DNA of 39,025 nt from a virus. Lineage: Duplodnaviria > Caudoviricetes. The translations under genes and the position numbers were made by a program. The notes beneath the pieces are model-generated. The model made no database searches, was not told the origin of the DNA, and saw only the letters and a list, made by a program, of their open reading frames with translations. Location: positions 1 to 39,025 of IMG/VR virus record IMGVR_UViG_3300010206_000005. One strand, 5' to 3'. This document shows, in pieces, positions 8,831-17,215 of the stretch. How positions within the stretch are numbered: position 1 is the first letter of the stretch; every line of letters begins with the position of its first letter.

Positions 8831-9184
8831 ATGGCTCAATTCGCTCGCAACAAAACCCAGGAAGAGATCAGGGAGGCCTGCCGCGAGGCCGGTTTCCCCC
8901 TCGACACCAGCGGCTACGATCGTGGTTCGGACTACGTCAAGATCACCTTCTCCCACGACGGCAAGACCTTCGACGTCCTCTACAGCTCCTTCAACGGTCG
9001 CTTCATCGGCTCGTCCCCGGGTTCGGATGCGGTCTTCAGCGAAAGCAACACCGAACTCGATCCGGTGCCCTGGTACCAGGCGTTGCTGAACTTCCTCTAT
9101 GTCCCTGAATGTGAAGCAGCATCCCGAGACCGCCGCCGTAAAGGCGTCCGCCTCCGTTGCCCCCACAATCCCACTGCCGCCTAA
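8831..9184 (+). CDS. Hypothetical protein
   Basis: GGGAGG RBS; phage-like codon usage. Confidence 0.7.
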   Translation: MAQFARNKTQEEIREACREAGFPLDTSGYDRGSDYVKITFSHDGKTFDVLYSSFNGRFIGSSPGSDAVFSESNTELDPVPWYQALLNFLYVPECEAASRDRRRKGVRLRCPHNPTAA

Positions 9185-9197
9185 AGGAGCCATCACC

Positions 9198-9680
9198 ATG
9201 TCCGTGTCCAAAATCACCCGTCGCACCAGCGCCCGTGGCCGCCTCGATGACGGCAGTGCCAATCCGATCGACATCCATGTCGGTGCCCGGATGCGCCTGC
9301 GCCGCACCCTGCTGGGGATGAGCCAGGAGAAGCTGGGCGAAGCGATCGGCCTGACCTTCCAGCAGGTCCAGAAATATGAGCGCGGTGCCAACCGGATCGG
9401 GGCCTCGCGGCTGTTCGATCTGTCGCGGGTGCTCGACGTGCCGGTGTCGTTCTTCTTCGACGACATGCCGGACGCGGTCCAGGCCCAGAGCCCGGTGGCG
9501 GTGATCACCGGCACCGCCCCGGCCGCGACCGAGGCGGCGACGGTCGGCCGGGATCACCTGACCAGCCGCGAAACTCTCGAACTGGTGCGCCACTATTACC
9601 AGATCCCGCCCCGCGCCCGTGTCCAGGTCTATGCCCTGGCCAAGGCGTTGGCGCGGCCCGAGACCGAGGAGGCCGCGTGA
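9198..9680 (+). CDS. XRE-family transcriptional regulator of alphaproteobacterial chromosomal type
   Basis: NPIDIHVGARMRLRRTLLGMSQEKLGEAIGLTFQQVQKYERGANRIGASRLFDLSRVLDVPVSFFFDDMP; AAGGAG RBS. Confidence 0.9.
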   Translation: MSVSKITRRTSARGRLDDGSANPIDIHVGARMRLRRTLLGMSQEKLGEAIGLTFQQVQKYERGANRIGASRLFDLSRVLDVPVSFFFDDMPDAVQAQSPVAVITGTAPAATEAATVGRDHLTSRETLELVRHYYQIPPRARVQVYALAKALARPETEEAA

Positions 9681-10690
9681 TGCCCTCTCCCAGCGCGTCG
9701 CCTCGCCTGATCGAGCCGGGCGACATCCTGGCGATCAACGGGCTCGTCTCCTCCCTCAACACCGAGTTGGCTCGGGTGATCGCCAAGTATGGTCCGGAAG
9801 TCGAAATCAGGACCGACCACGGTTACGCCGTGGGCGAGTACGCCAAGGTCCGGGTCGAGATCGTCCACGGCCGGATGCGGCTGGATGGGTCGCCGCTGCC
9901 CACCGGAGACGGTGGGCAGGATTGTGCGACCGACCCGACCGCGCCCAGTGCCGAAAGGGACGTGTCCCCCGGTCAGTCCTGGGCGCTGCGCCATCACCGG
10001 ACGCTTGCCGAGGTCGGCAATTGCGACACCTGCGCCTCGGTCGCCCGGTGCCTCAATGCCGGACCGGGTGGCGCGTGCCATCATCATTCCACGGCTCCGA
10101 CCGATCCGGCGCTTGAAGCAGCCCCCGATCCGGCCGCGTCCGGCATCACGGCACTCGACATGGTGCGCTCGCTGGTCGCCCAGGGCGAGCGGATCACCGG
10201 CGCGTCGTTGGCCCGATACATGGGGTGCTCTCAGGTTACCGGCAGTCGCCGTCTGGCCGGGTTGGAGGCGGCGGGCCATGTCCGCCGTACCGGCACCGGA
10301 GCGGGCACCTGCTACGAGTTGGTCACGGAGGCGTCGGCCGCCGCCGATGAGGCCCCGGCGCCCGCTCCCAAGCTGACGATTACCTTGCCGCCACCGGCGT
10401 GCTCCACGTCTGCGCCGCGCCCGGCCCCCAAACCGGCGGGACGAGAGACCCTGCCCGAGGACGTGTTGCGGGGATCGCCGATCGATCCCGATCCGGCACC
10501 CGCATCGGCGGCCGACATCGATACGGTCGTCGAGTGGCTGGTTGCTCAGGGCGACAAAATCGAGCCCGGCACCGGGGGCACTTGGCGGATGGCCGGATCA
10601 CCCCGCTGGTCTGATCGCGACCTGCTCAACCGCGCCAACGCCAAGCGCGAGAGGCTTGGCCTGCCGCCCTTCAGCCTGCGGAGGGGATGA
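9677..10690 (+). CDS. Hypothetical multi-domain protein with central winged HTH
   Basis: ITGASLARYMGCSQVTGSRRLAGLEAAGHVRRTG; Pro/Ala-rich linkers; coupled start and stop. Confidence 0.7.
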   Translation: MMPSPSASPRLIEPGDILAINGLVSSLNTELARVIAKYGPEVEIRTDHGYAVGEYAKVRVEIVHGRMRLDGSPLPTGDGGQDCATDPTAPSAERDVSPGQSWALRHHRTLAEVGNCDTCASVARCLNAGPGGACHHHSTAPTDPALEAAPDPAASGITALDMVRSLVAQGERITGASLARYMGCSQVTGSRRLAGLEAAGHVRRTGTGAGTCYELVTEASAAADEAPAPAPKLTITLPPPACSTSAPRPAPKPAGRETLPEDVLRGSPIDPDPAPASAADIDTVVEWLVAQGDKIEPGTGGTWRMAGSPRWSDRDLLNRANAKRERLGLPPFSLRRG

Positions 10691-10691
10691 T

Positions 10692-10901
10692 ATGGCAGAA
10701 ATCACCTTCACCCCACCGCCCAATCACCGCACGTCAGAGAGCTGCGCCACCTGCGCGCAGTGGTGCGATGGGAACGACGTTTGCCAAAAATTCCCGCACG
10801 CCGTTCGGTGGACCGCCGGCTTCCGCGACATCTACGACGGGGAATGGTCCGGCATGGTCTGCGATGCCTGGGAGCCTCGCCTCCCCGAGGCGGAGATCTG
10901 A
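10692..10901 (+). CDS. Small Cys-rich hypothetical protein
   Basis: GGAGGGG RBS; CATCAQW..C...C....CDAW possible metal-binding motif. Confidence 0.65.
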   Translation: MAEITFTPPPNHRTSESCATCAQWCDGNDVCQKFPHAVRWTAGFRDIYDGEWSGMVCDAWEPRLPEAEI

Positions 10902-10904
10902 TCC

Positions 10905-11624
10905 ATGACCGACCTGTCCCGCATCCGCGCCCGATTGGAGGCGCTCCGCAACATGACGGTGGACAACGGCTGCACCGAGGCCGAGGCCCTGGCGGCCGCG
11001 AGCAAGATGGCCGATCTGCTCGCCCGGCACGGTCTGACCGAGGAGCAGCTTGAGGCGCTCGGCTATGACCGCAATGGGGTTGTTCTGGGATCGCGCCGGA
11101 GTCCGCTGGAGCAGGTATGGACGGCGGTCGCGGTGTTTACTGACTGCATCTGCTGGCTCCAGCGCGGCGATGGTCTGGCGATGGTCTATTTTGGCCGCCC
11201 CCAGGATGTTCTGGTCGCCCAGTATGTCCACGAGGTGCTTCATCGTGCCTTCAAGGCCGATTTAAGCCGGTTCAAAGTGGGCGATCAGTATCGCCGCCGC
11301 CGTTTGCCCAAGACCCGCTCCGCCGCCGTCAAAGCCTATACCGAGGGCTGGGCCGATCAGGTCGCGTTGAAGCTGTATGACGGGCTATGGCGCCGCAACG
11401 GCGGCACCTGGAAGGAGGCTCAGGCCCGGATCGACAGCCGCACCGCCGAACTGGAAACAGCGGCGGCCCAGCATCAAGGCGTCCGCCTGTCACCCTGCCG
11501 GGCGCTGGCAAAACCCAAGGCCGGGGACACCAAGCACGATCGCCATGCCGGAGCGGCGGCGGGTCGCCATGTAGAGGTCAATGCCGGTCTCGCGTCCGGG
11601 CCAGTCGCGGGGCTGCTGGAATGA
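10905..11624 (+). CDS. DUF2786-like protein
   Basis: N-terminal RIRARLEALRNMTVDNGCTEAEALAAASKMADLLARHGL; YFGRPQDVLVAQY. Confidence 0.8.
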   Translation: MTDLSRIRARLEALRNMTVDNGCTEAEALAAASKMADLLARHGLTEEQLEALGYDRNGVVLGSRRSPLEQVWTAVAVFTDCICWLQRGDGLAMVYFGRPQDVLVAQYVHEVLHRAFKADLSRFKVGDQYRRRRLPKTRSAAVKAYTEGWADQVALKLYDGLWRRNGGTWKEAQARIDSRTAELETAAAQHQGVRLSPCRALAKPKAGDTKHDRHAGAAAGRHVEVNAGLASGPVAGLLE

Positions 11625-12031
11625 CCCGCTCCCGCCATGCAGTCACCCTAGACGATCTCGACCGTGACGAACTGCTCCGTCTGGCTCGGCGCCACATCCT
11701 GTGGCGCCCGGCTGACTTGATCTGGGCGCAATGGGAGGCGGCCTGTGACCGCTGGGAGTCGGCGTGGGACGAGTATTGCGCACTGTCCGATCAAGAGGGT
11801 GCGGCGCTTTGTGCTTCTGTTGCGGCAGTCAACGCCCTGGCGTCCGCATGCCGTGACCCGGGTCACAGCCGCAAGGCGCTCGAGCGCCTACGTCGCGCGT
11901 CCATAAAGGCAGCCGCCGAACATAAGCAGGTGCAGTCCGAAACCGAGCGTGCTCGCGCCAAGGTCGATCGTATCCAGCGGCGTCAGAACGCGCTGCTTGC
12001 CCAGCACAAGGAGATGCGCGATGCCACGTAA
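11621..12031 (+). CDS. Hypothetical coiled-coil protein
   Basis: ATGA overlap; helical C-terminus; overlaps the gemA start. Confidence 0.6.
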   Translation: MTRSRHAVTLDDLDRDELLRLARRHILWRPADLIWAQWEAACDRWESAWDEYCALSDQEGAALCASVAAVNALASACRDPGHSRKALERLRRASIKAAAEHKQVQSETERARAKVDRIQRRQNALLAQHKEMRDAT

Positions 12032-12470
12032 CGCCATGCTCGCCAAGGTCCACATCGCCCGCAAGGATCTGGCGCTGACCGAGGATTGCTATCGCGCCAT
12101 CCTCTCCCGGATCGTTGGCCAGGAGAGTTCGAAGGGGCTCACCGACATCCAACTCGACAAGGTCCTGGCCGAATTTAAGCGGCTGGGCTGGTCGCCGCAG
12201 CCTAAGGGCAAAGCCACGGCCACCGATGGCCAGCGTCACCGTCCGGCCAGCGGCAAGGCTCATGTCCGCAAGGTCTTTGCGATCTGGACCGACATGTGCC
12301 GGGAGGGCATCCCGGAGACGCCGACCCGGGCCGCCTTGCTGGCCTTTGTCCAACGGATGACTGGGGTGGACGATCCAGAATGGATGACGCCGGCGCAGGC
12401 CCAGGTGGTCACCGAAGCGCTCAAGGGGTGGCGTGGCCGCGAACTGGCCAAGCGGGGACGGCGGCAATGA
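12021..12470 (+). CDS. gemA: GemA / Mu gp16 (DUF1018) family protein
   Basis: LAKVHIARKDLALTEDCYRAIL...ESSKGLT..QLDKVLAEFKRLGW; ALLAFVQRMTG; VTEALKGW. Confidence 0.9.
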   Translation: MPRNAMLAKVHIARKDLALTEDCYRAILSRIVGQESSKGLTDIQLDKVLAEFKRLGWSPQPKGKATATDGQRHRPASGKAHVRKVFAIWTDMCREGIPETPTRAALLAFVQRMTGVDDPEWMTPAQAQVVTEALKGWRGRELAKRGRRQ

Positions 12471-12874
12471 GCCGCAACGAAGATACGATCAGCTATAGCG
12501 ATCTGGTCAGTCTGATCGGCGAGGCCAAGGCGCTGGCCTTGTCCAAAGATCGGGGCGGCCGTGCCTTGTACATCCCGTCGCCCGATCGCCTTGGCCCCAC
12601 GTCCCCTGTGGTGGTATTAGTCGGAGTTGACGCCGCCACCATTCTGGCGCGTCGGTATGGCGGTGCCGACATTGATGTGCCGCTGGGGCCGGGGCGGCGG
12701 GCGCGAATCTGGGAGTTGCGCGAAGGCGGCCGGTCGGTCGCGGCGATCGCTGGCGAGATGCGGTGCACCGAGCGCACGGTTTATAACATTCTGGCCGGGC
12801 CGCGCCCCTCGGCCCTGGGCGCACCGCCGCCGGACGATCTGCCGCCGTTGCTGGCCTTCATTGCCCGCCGCTGA
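12467..12874 (+). CDS. Mor/C-family middle/late transcription activator
   Basis: LIGEAKALALSKDRGGRALYIP...YGGADIDVP; C-terminal HTH SVAAIAGEMRCTERTVYNIL; follows gemA. Confidence 0.85.
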   Translation: MSRNEDTISYSDLVSLIGEAKALALSKDRGGRALYIPSPDRLGPTSPVVVLVGVDAATILARRYGGADIDVPLGPGRRARIWELREGGRSVAAIAGEMRCTERTVYNILAGPRPSALGAPPPDDLPPLLAFIARR

Positions 12875-12882
12875 TTCGCTTC

Positions 12883-12960
12883 CCTGAAATCCTTCAGGGC
12901 TGATTCCCCCCCCTCCGACACCTACCCTCGCACACACGTCATCCTCGCGAGGGTTCCCCC
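12883..12960 (+). promoter_or_regulatory. Late promoter (lysis operon) with activator dyad CCTGAA-atcc-TTCAGG
   Basis: 17-bp CCTGAAATCCTTCAGGG at 12883-12899 is identical to 19848-19864; -10-like TACCCT downstream. Confidence 0.75.
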
Positions 12961-13704
12961 ATGTTCGATGATTTTGTGGCCGTTGCAGCGGCCTTGAAAC
13001 TTCTGTATGCGGCTCTGGCCGCGATCGGTCTGATCGGGCTGTCGTCCTGGTTCGACCAGCGCGCCGGACGCACTTTCCGCGATTCACTTGAAACCATCGC
13101 CGCCCAGCCGCTGGCTCTGGCCACCTATTACGGTCTGCGGATTGTCGCTCTGGCCCTGCTGATCGGGCTGCTGATCGGCTGCTCGCCCGCGAGCGCCGGG
13201 CCGGTGATCCCCGACCGCTACGACCGCGAGATCAATCGCGCCGTTGCCACCTATTGGCCCGATTATCCTCGGCCCGCCGCCTGGAAGGCCCAGCTTTATC
13301 AGGAGAGCCGCCTCGACCCCCGCGCGGTGTCGCCGGTCGGTGCCGCCGGTCTGGCTCAGATGATGCCGGGCACTTGGTCAGACCTGACTCGGGAAATGCG
13401 CCTGGGATCGGTATCGCCGCACCACGCCATCGCGATCGATGCCGGGGCCTATTACATGGCCAAGCTGCGCCGGGTGTGGCGCAACGGCCGCGATCCCGCC
13501 GACCGCCAGCCCCTGGCTCAGGCCAGCTACAACGCGGGCGCGGGCAACATCATCGAGGCGCAGCGCGTGTGCGGCGGCGTCCGGCTGTGGGCCGGGATTG
13601 GCCCATGCTTGATCCAAGTCACCGGCACCACCCATGCCCGCGAAACCACCACCTATGTCGAGCGCATCGCCGGTTTCACGCGAATGATCGAGGCCGGATC
13701 GTGA
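12961..13704 (+). CDS. Endolysin: SLT lytic transglycosylase with N-terminal two-TM extension
   Basis: AQLYQESRLDPRAVSPVGAAGLAQMMPGTW, ASYNAGAGNI, ETTTYVERI; two hydrophobic helices in the first ~75 aa. Confidence 0.9.
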   Translation: MFDDFVAVAAALKLLYAALAAIGLIGLSSWFDQRAGRTFRDSLETIAAQPLALATYYGLRIVALALLIGLLIGCSPASAGPVIPDRYDREINRAVATYWPDYPRPAAWKAQLYQESRLDPRAVSPVGAAGLAQMMPGTWSDLTREMRLGSVSPHHAIAIDAGAYYMAKLRRVWRNGRDPADRQPLAQASYNAGAGNIIEAQRVCGGVRLWAGIGPCLIQVTGTTHARETTTYVERIAGFTRMIEAGS

Positions 13705-14222
13705 GCGGGCGTCTCGCCGCCATCGCCGGTTTGGCGCTGGCCGTGCTGACCAGTTGGTTGGTCCATAGCTACGACCAGGCCCAGCACGACAAGGTCGTCG
13801 CCGATCTGCGCGCCGCGGCCGCCGCCACCCTGACCAAGGAGACCAACGAGGTTCTGGCCCGGTTGCAGGCCAGGATTGATCAAGTCAAACAGCTTGAAGA
13901 GGAGTCCGCCCGTGCCGCCGAAGAACGATCCCGTCTCGTCGCTGACGGTGCCCGCCTGTCTGCTGATCTTGCCGCTGCTGGTCGGCGCCTGCTCGACCTC
14001 TCCCGATCCGGTCGGGGCGGTGGTGGTGGCTCCCCAAGTCCAGGAGAGGCCGGTACCGACGGCTGTGCGGACCTACGAACCGCCCTCGGTCGGGCCGCTG
14101 CAGCGCTGGAACTCTACAAAAGCGCAGGTGATCAAGTTGCTGAAGACGGGCAGCGCGGAGTAGACGCCGCCACCATTGCCGCTCAGGACGCCGCGGCGCA
14201 GGAGAAAGAAGATGGCCGCTGA
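13701..14222 (+). CDS. i-spanin (Rz-like)
   Basis: GTG start overlapping the endolysin stop; N-terminal TM followed by coiled coil. Confidence 0.78.
   Translation: MSGRLAAIAGLALAVLTSWLVHSYDQAQHDKVVADLRAAAAATLTKETNEVLARLQARIDQVKQLEEESARAAEERSRLVADGARLSADLAAAGRRLLDLSRSGRGGGGGSPSPGEAGTDGCADLRTALGRAAAALELYKSAGDQVAEDGQRGVDAATIAAQDAAAQEKEDGR
13948..14163 (+). CDS. o-spanin (Rz1-like lipoprotein) embedded in the i-spanin gene
   Basis: +1 frame; signal VPACLLILPLLVGA-C (lipobox) and Pro-rich mature part; start codon uncertain. Confidence 0.72.
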   Translation: MPACLLILPLLVGACSTSPDPVGAVVVAPQVQERPVPTAVRTYEPPSVGPLQRWNSTKAQVIKLLKTGSAE

Positions 14223-14586
14223 GTTCCTGCAATGGTGGCCGGTCGTTTTGGTCCTGGTCCAGGCACTGCTGGCCTGGGGACAATGGTCCTTCGGTCGGCG
14301 GTTCGTGACCCGCGACGATTTCGAGCGCTGGCGCAGCGTCCATGACACGGACCATGAAGAGATCGAGCAACGGCTGGCCGACGGGCGGGCGTGGTTCACC
14401 CGCATCGAAACCGATCTCAGGCATCTGCCGACCAGGTCCGATCTCGATGCGCTCAAGGCGCAACTGGCGGCGGTCGATCGCAGCGTGGTTCGCCTTGATG
14501 GTTCGATCCGGGTTGTGGCCGCCAAGCTGGGCGCTGTCCAGGCACCAGTCGATATGTTGCTGGAACAGGCGATGGAGGATCGGTAA
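14212..14586 (+). CDS. DUF2730-like protein (Mu gp25-like)
   Basis: N-terminal TM, then RIETDLRHLPTRSDL coiled coil; conserved position. Confidence 0.75.
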   Translation: MAAEFLQWWPVVLVLVQALLAWGQWSFGRRFVTRDDFERWRSVHDTDHEEIEQRLADGRAWFTRIETDLRHLPTRSDLDALKAQLAAVDRSVVRLDGSIRVVAAKLGAVQAPVDMLLEQAMEDR

Positions 14587-14885
14587 TGGATTTCGCGGAA
14601 ACCGTCGCGGCCAAGCGGCGCACCTTCATCCTGCGCCTGCTGGTGTCCTTGAGCGGCCGCGCCAACGAATCCGTGATTGCATCGGCCGTAAGCGGCGGTG
14701 GGTTTGCCCAGGCGACCAGAGACGATGTCCGTCGAGATCTCGACCTCTTGCGAGAGCGCGGCTGCACCACCGAAGACTGGTTCGATGCCTCTGTTCGCGT
14801 CGTCATTGTTTCCGAGCGCGGCGAGGATGCCGCCTATGGTCGGATCAAGGTGGCGGGCATCGACCACTCGACCTGGCGGAGATAG
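14586..14885 (+). CDS. Mu gp26-like protein
   Basis: RRTFILRLL...ANESVI...TRDDVRRDLDLLRERG...SERGEDAAYGR pattern; synteny. Confidence 0.8.
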   Translation: MDFAETVAAKRRTFILRLLVSLSGRANESVIASAVSGGGFAQATRDDVRRDLDLLRERGCTTEDWFDASVRVVIVSERGEDAAYGRIKVAGIDHSTWRR

Positions 14886-14888
14886 GGG

Positions 14889-15560
14889 ATGGCGCGAAAC
14901 GTCCCCAGCAAGGTGGACAAGCTCCCCCCTGAGGTCCGGGAGTTGATCGCCGCCCTGCGCCAGACTCACGGCTGGACGATCGACCAGATCCTCGACGCGC
15001 TGCGCGCCCTCGCCGCCGGGGAGCAACCGCGCCTCCCTGGGGCACTGCCCCCCGAATTGGCCTCGCCGCCGCTGATCGACCCGGACAGTCTGCCGGGGCG
15101 ATCCGGCCTCGGTGCCCACATCCAGGGGCTCGATCAACTGGCGGCCAAGCTGCACAAGAGCCGAGCGATCGCCGAAGCGCTGGTGCGTAAGACAGGTGCC
15201 GAGGAATCCCGTCTCACCCAGCTCAATGTCGAGCTGATGCACAGCGTCGTGACCGACCTTGTCCTGGCAGCAGAGAGTGGTCAACTGGCCCCGGCCAGTC
15301 CGGATGATGACGACGGTGCCCTGCCGGTCCCGGTGCTGATGGACCCGGCCAAGGTGATGTTTCTCGCCAAGGCTCTCGATCACTTGGCGAGCGCCCGCAA
15401 GAAAGACGCCGACATGATTCTCAAGGCGCGGCAGGAGGCTGCCCGAGAGGCTGCTGGGATGGTAGATCGCGCCACCAAGGACGCCGCCCGCGCCGGAGAG
15501 AAAGGGCTATCGGCTGATCGCCTCGCCCAATTGCGGAAAGATTTGGCGGGGATGGTCTGA
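14889..15560 (+). CDS. DUF3486 / Mu gp27-like protein (putative terminase small subunit)
   Basis: SKVDKLPPEVRELI...TIDQI...RSGLG; directly upstream of terL. Confidence 0.82.
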   Translation: MARNVPSKVDKLPPEVRELIAALRQTHGWTIDQILDALRALAAGEQPRLPGALPPELASPPLIDPDSLPGRSGLGAHIQGLDQLAAKLHKSRAIAEALVRKTGAEESRLTQLNVELMHSVVTDLVLAAESGQLAPASPDDDDGALPVPVLMDPAKVMFLAKALDHLASARKKDADMILKARQEAAREAAGMVDRATKDAARAGEKGLSADRLAQLRKDLAGMV

Positions 15561-15561
15561 C

Positions 15562-17214
15562 ATGGCCATCGATTATGTTCCGCCGAAATCTCCAATCGAC
15601 GCTCTATGGGGCACGTCGGCCCTTTCTACCTACGATCCGCTGGCCGATGGACTGCTTATGTCCTACCAGAAGGCGTGGGTGGACGATGATTCCGATCTGA
15701 AGATCGGCGAGAAAGGGCGCCGAACCGGCATCACCTGGGCCGAAGCCTTTTCATCTGTGATGACCGCCGCGGCCGCACGGTCGGCCGGTGGCGATCACGT
15801 CTGGTACATTGGCGACACCAAGGACAAAGGCCGCGAATTCATCAACACCTGCAGAGGCTTCTCAGAGAAGATCGCTGGCGAGTTGGTGGAGGTTGAGGAA
15901 TTCCTGTTCGACGATGTCGAAGTGGACGCAGGCGGCAACGTCACCACCAAGCAGATCACCGCGTGGCGCATCACCTTCGCCTCGGGCTTCCGGATCTCGG
16001 CACTGTCGTCCAACCCTGCCAACATTCGCGGTCTACAGGGCATCGTCATCATCGACGAAGCCGCCTTCCACGCCAACGTAGACAAGGTTCTTGATGCCTG
16101 TTTGGCCCTGCTGATCTGGGGTGGCAAGATTCGCATCATCAGCACCCACAACGGCAAGGCCAACCCGTTTAACACCTTGATTAAAGAGGTGCGAGAGGGC
16201 GTCCGGATCGGCCGTGTCCACACTATCCCCTTCGATCAGGCGGTCGCTGACGGCTTGTACGAGCGGGTGTGCGCCGTGCGCGGCTGGACTCCCAGCCCCG
16301 AGGGCAAGGCGGCCTGGTACAACAAAGTCCGCAAGTCCTACGGATCGCGTACCGAGGCCATGCGCGAGGAACTTGACGCCATCCCGCGCGAGGGTGACGG
16401 CACCATGATCCCGCTGGCGCAGATCGAGGCGCGCCAAACCGACAAATATCCTGTCGTCGCCTGGAGTCAGCCCGAGCCCAAGGGCGGCAAGGCGTTTGTC
16501 GACTGGTCGGAGTACGACCGTCGCGAACACATGGCCCAATGGCTGGCCGACAATGTCACGCCTCTGTTGCACGCCCTGCCCGAGAATGCCGATTGCGCAT
16601 TGGGTGAGGATTTCGCCATGCGCCAGGACCGCAGCGACATCGCCGTCGGCTTCACCGACCAGCGCCTGGTGCGCCATGCCGCTTTCCTGGTCGAGTTGCG
16701 CGAGTGCCCTTATGACCAGCAGAAACAGGTGCTGTTCCACGTCGGCGACTTTCTGCGCGATAAGCGCCGCTTCAGCCGGGGTATCTTGGATGCCAATGGC
16801 AACGGCATGCCGCTGGCCCAGGAGGCGCGGCAGCGTTACGGCCAAGACCGCATCCTGGAGTTGATGCCCAATGACAAGTGGCTGCAGCGCGAGATCACGC
16901 CGCTGTTCACCGCCGCCTTCCAGGACGCCACCATCCTGATCCCGCTGCACAAGGACGTCCGCGACGACATCCACCAGTTCCGCATCGTGAACGGCGTCGG
17001 CAAGATCCCGACCGACGTCCGCACCGAGGGCACCGACGGCGGTCGACGCCATGCCGACTCGGCCGTGGCCATCCTCAATTTTTTCGCTGCCACTTACGGC
17101 GCGGTCGCCGAGATCGCCTACGAATCGGCCCGCCGCACCGCCACCACGGACAACCCCTATGCCGACCGCGACGACGATGATGACGTCGGCGGTTTCGGGG
17201 ATGGAGCTTATTGA
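15562..17214 (+). CDS. Terminase large subunit (Mu gp28-like)
   Basis: EKGRRTGITWA, SSNPANIRGLQGIVIIDEAAFH, IISTHNG..NPFN, GEDFA, DANGNG, RHADSAVA. Confidence 0.94.
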   Translation: MAIDYVPPKSPIDALWGTSALSTYDPLADGLLMSYQKAWVDDDSDLKIGEKGRRTGITWAEAFSSVMTAAAARSAGGDHVWYIGDTKDKGREFINTCRGFSEKIAGELVEVEEFLFDDVEVDAGGNVTTKQITAWRITFASGFRISALSSNPANIRGLQGIVIIDEAAFHANVDKVLDACLALLIWGGKIRIISTHNGKANPFNTLIKEVREGVRIGRVHTIPFDQAVADGLYERVCAVRGWTPSPEGKAAWYNKVRKSYGSRTEAMREELDAIPREGDGTMIPLAQIEARQTDKYPVVAWSQPEPKGGKAFVDWSEYDRREHMAQWLADNVTPLLHALPENADCALGEDFAMRQDRSDIAVGFTDQRLVRHAAFLVELRECPYDQQKQVLFHVGDFLRDKRRFSRGILDANGNGMPLAQEARQRYGQDRILELMPNDKWLQREITPLFTAAFQDATILIPLHKDVRDDIHQFRIVNGVGKIPTDVRTEGTDGGRRHADSAVAILNFFAATYGAVAEIAYESARRTATTDNPYADRDDDDDVGGFGDGAY

Positions 17215-17215
17215 C

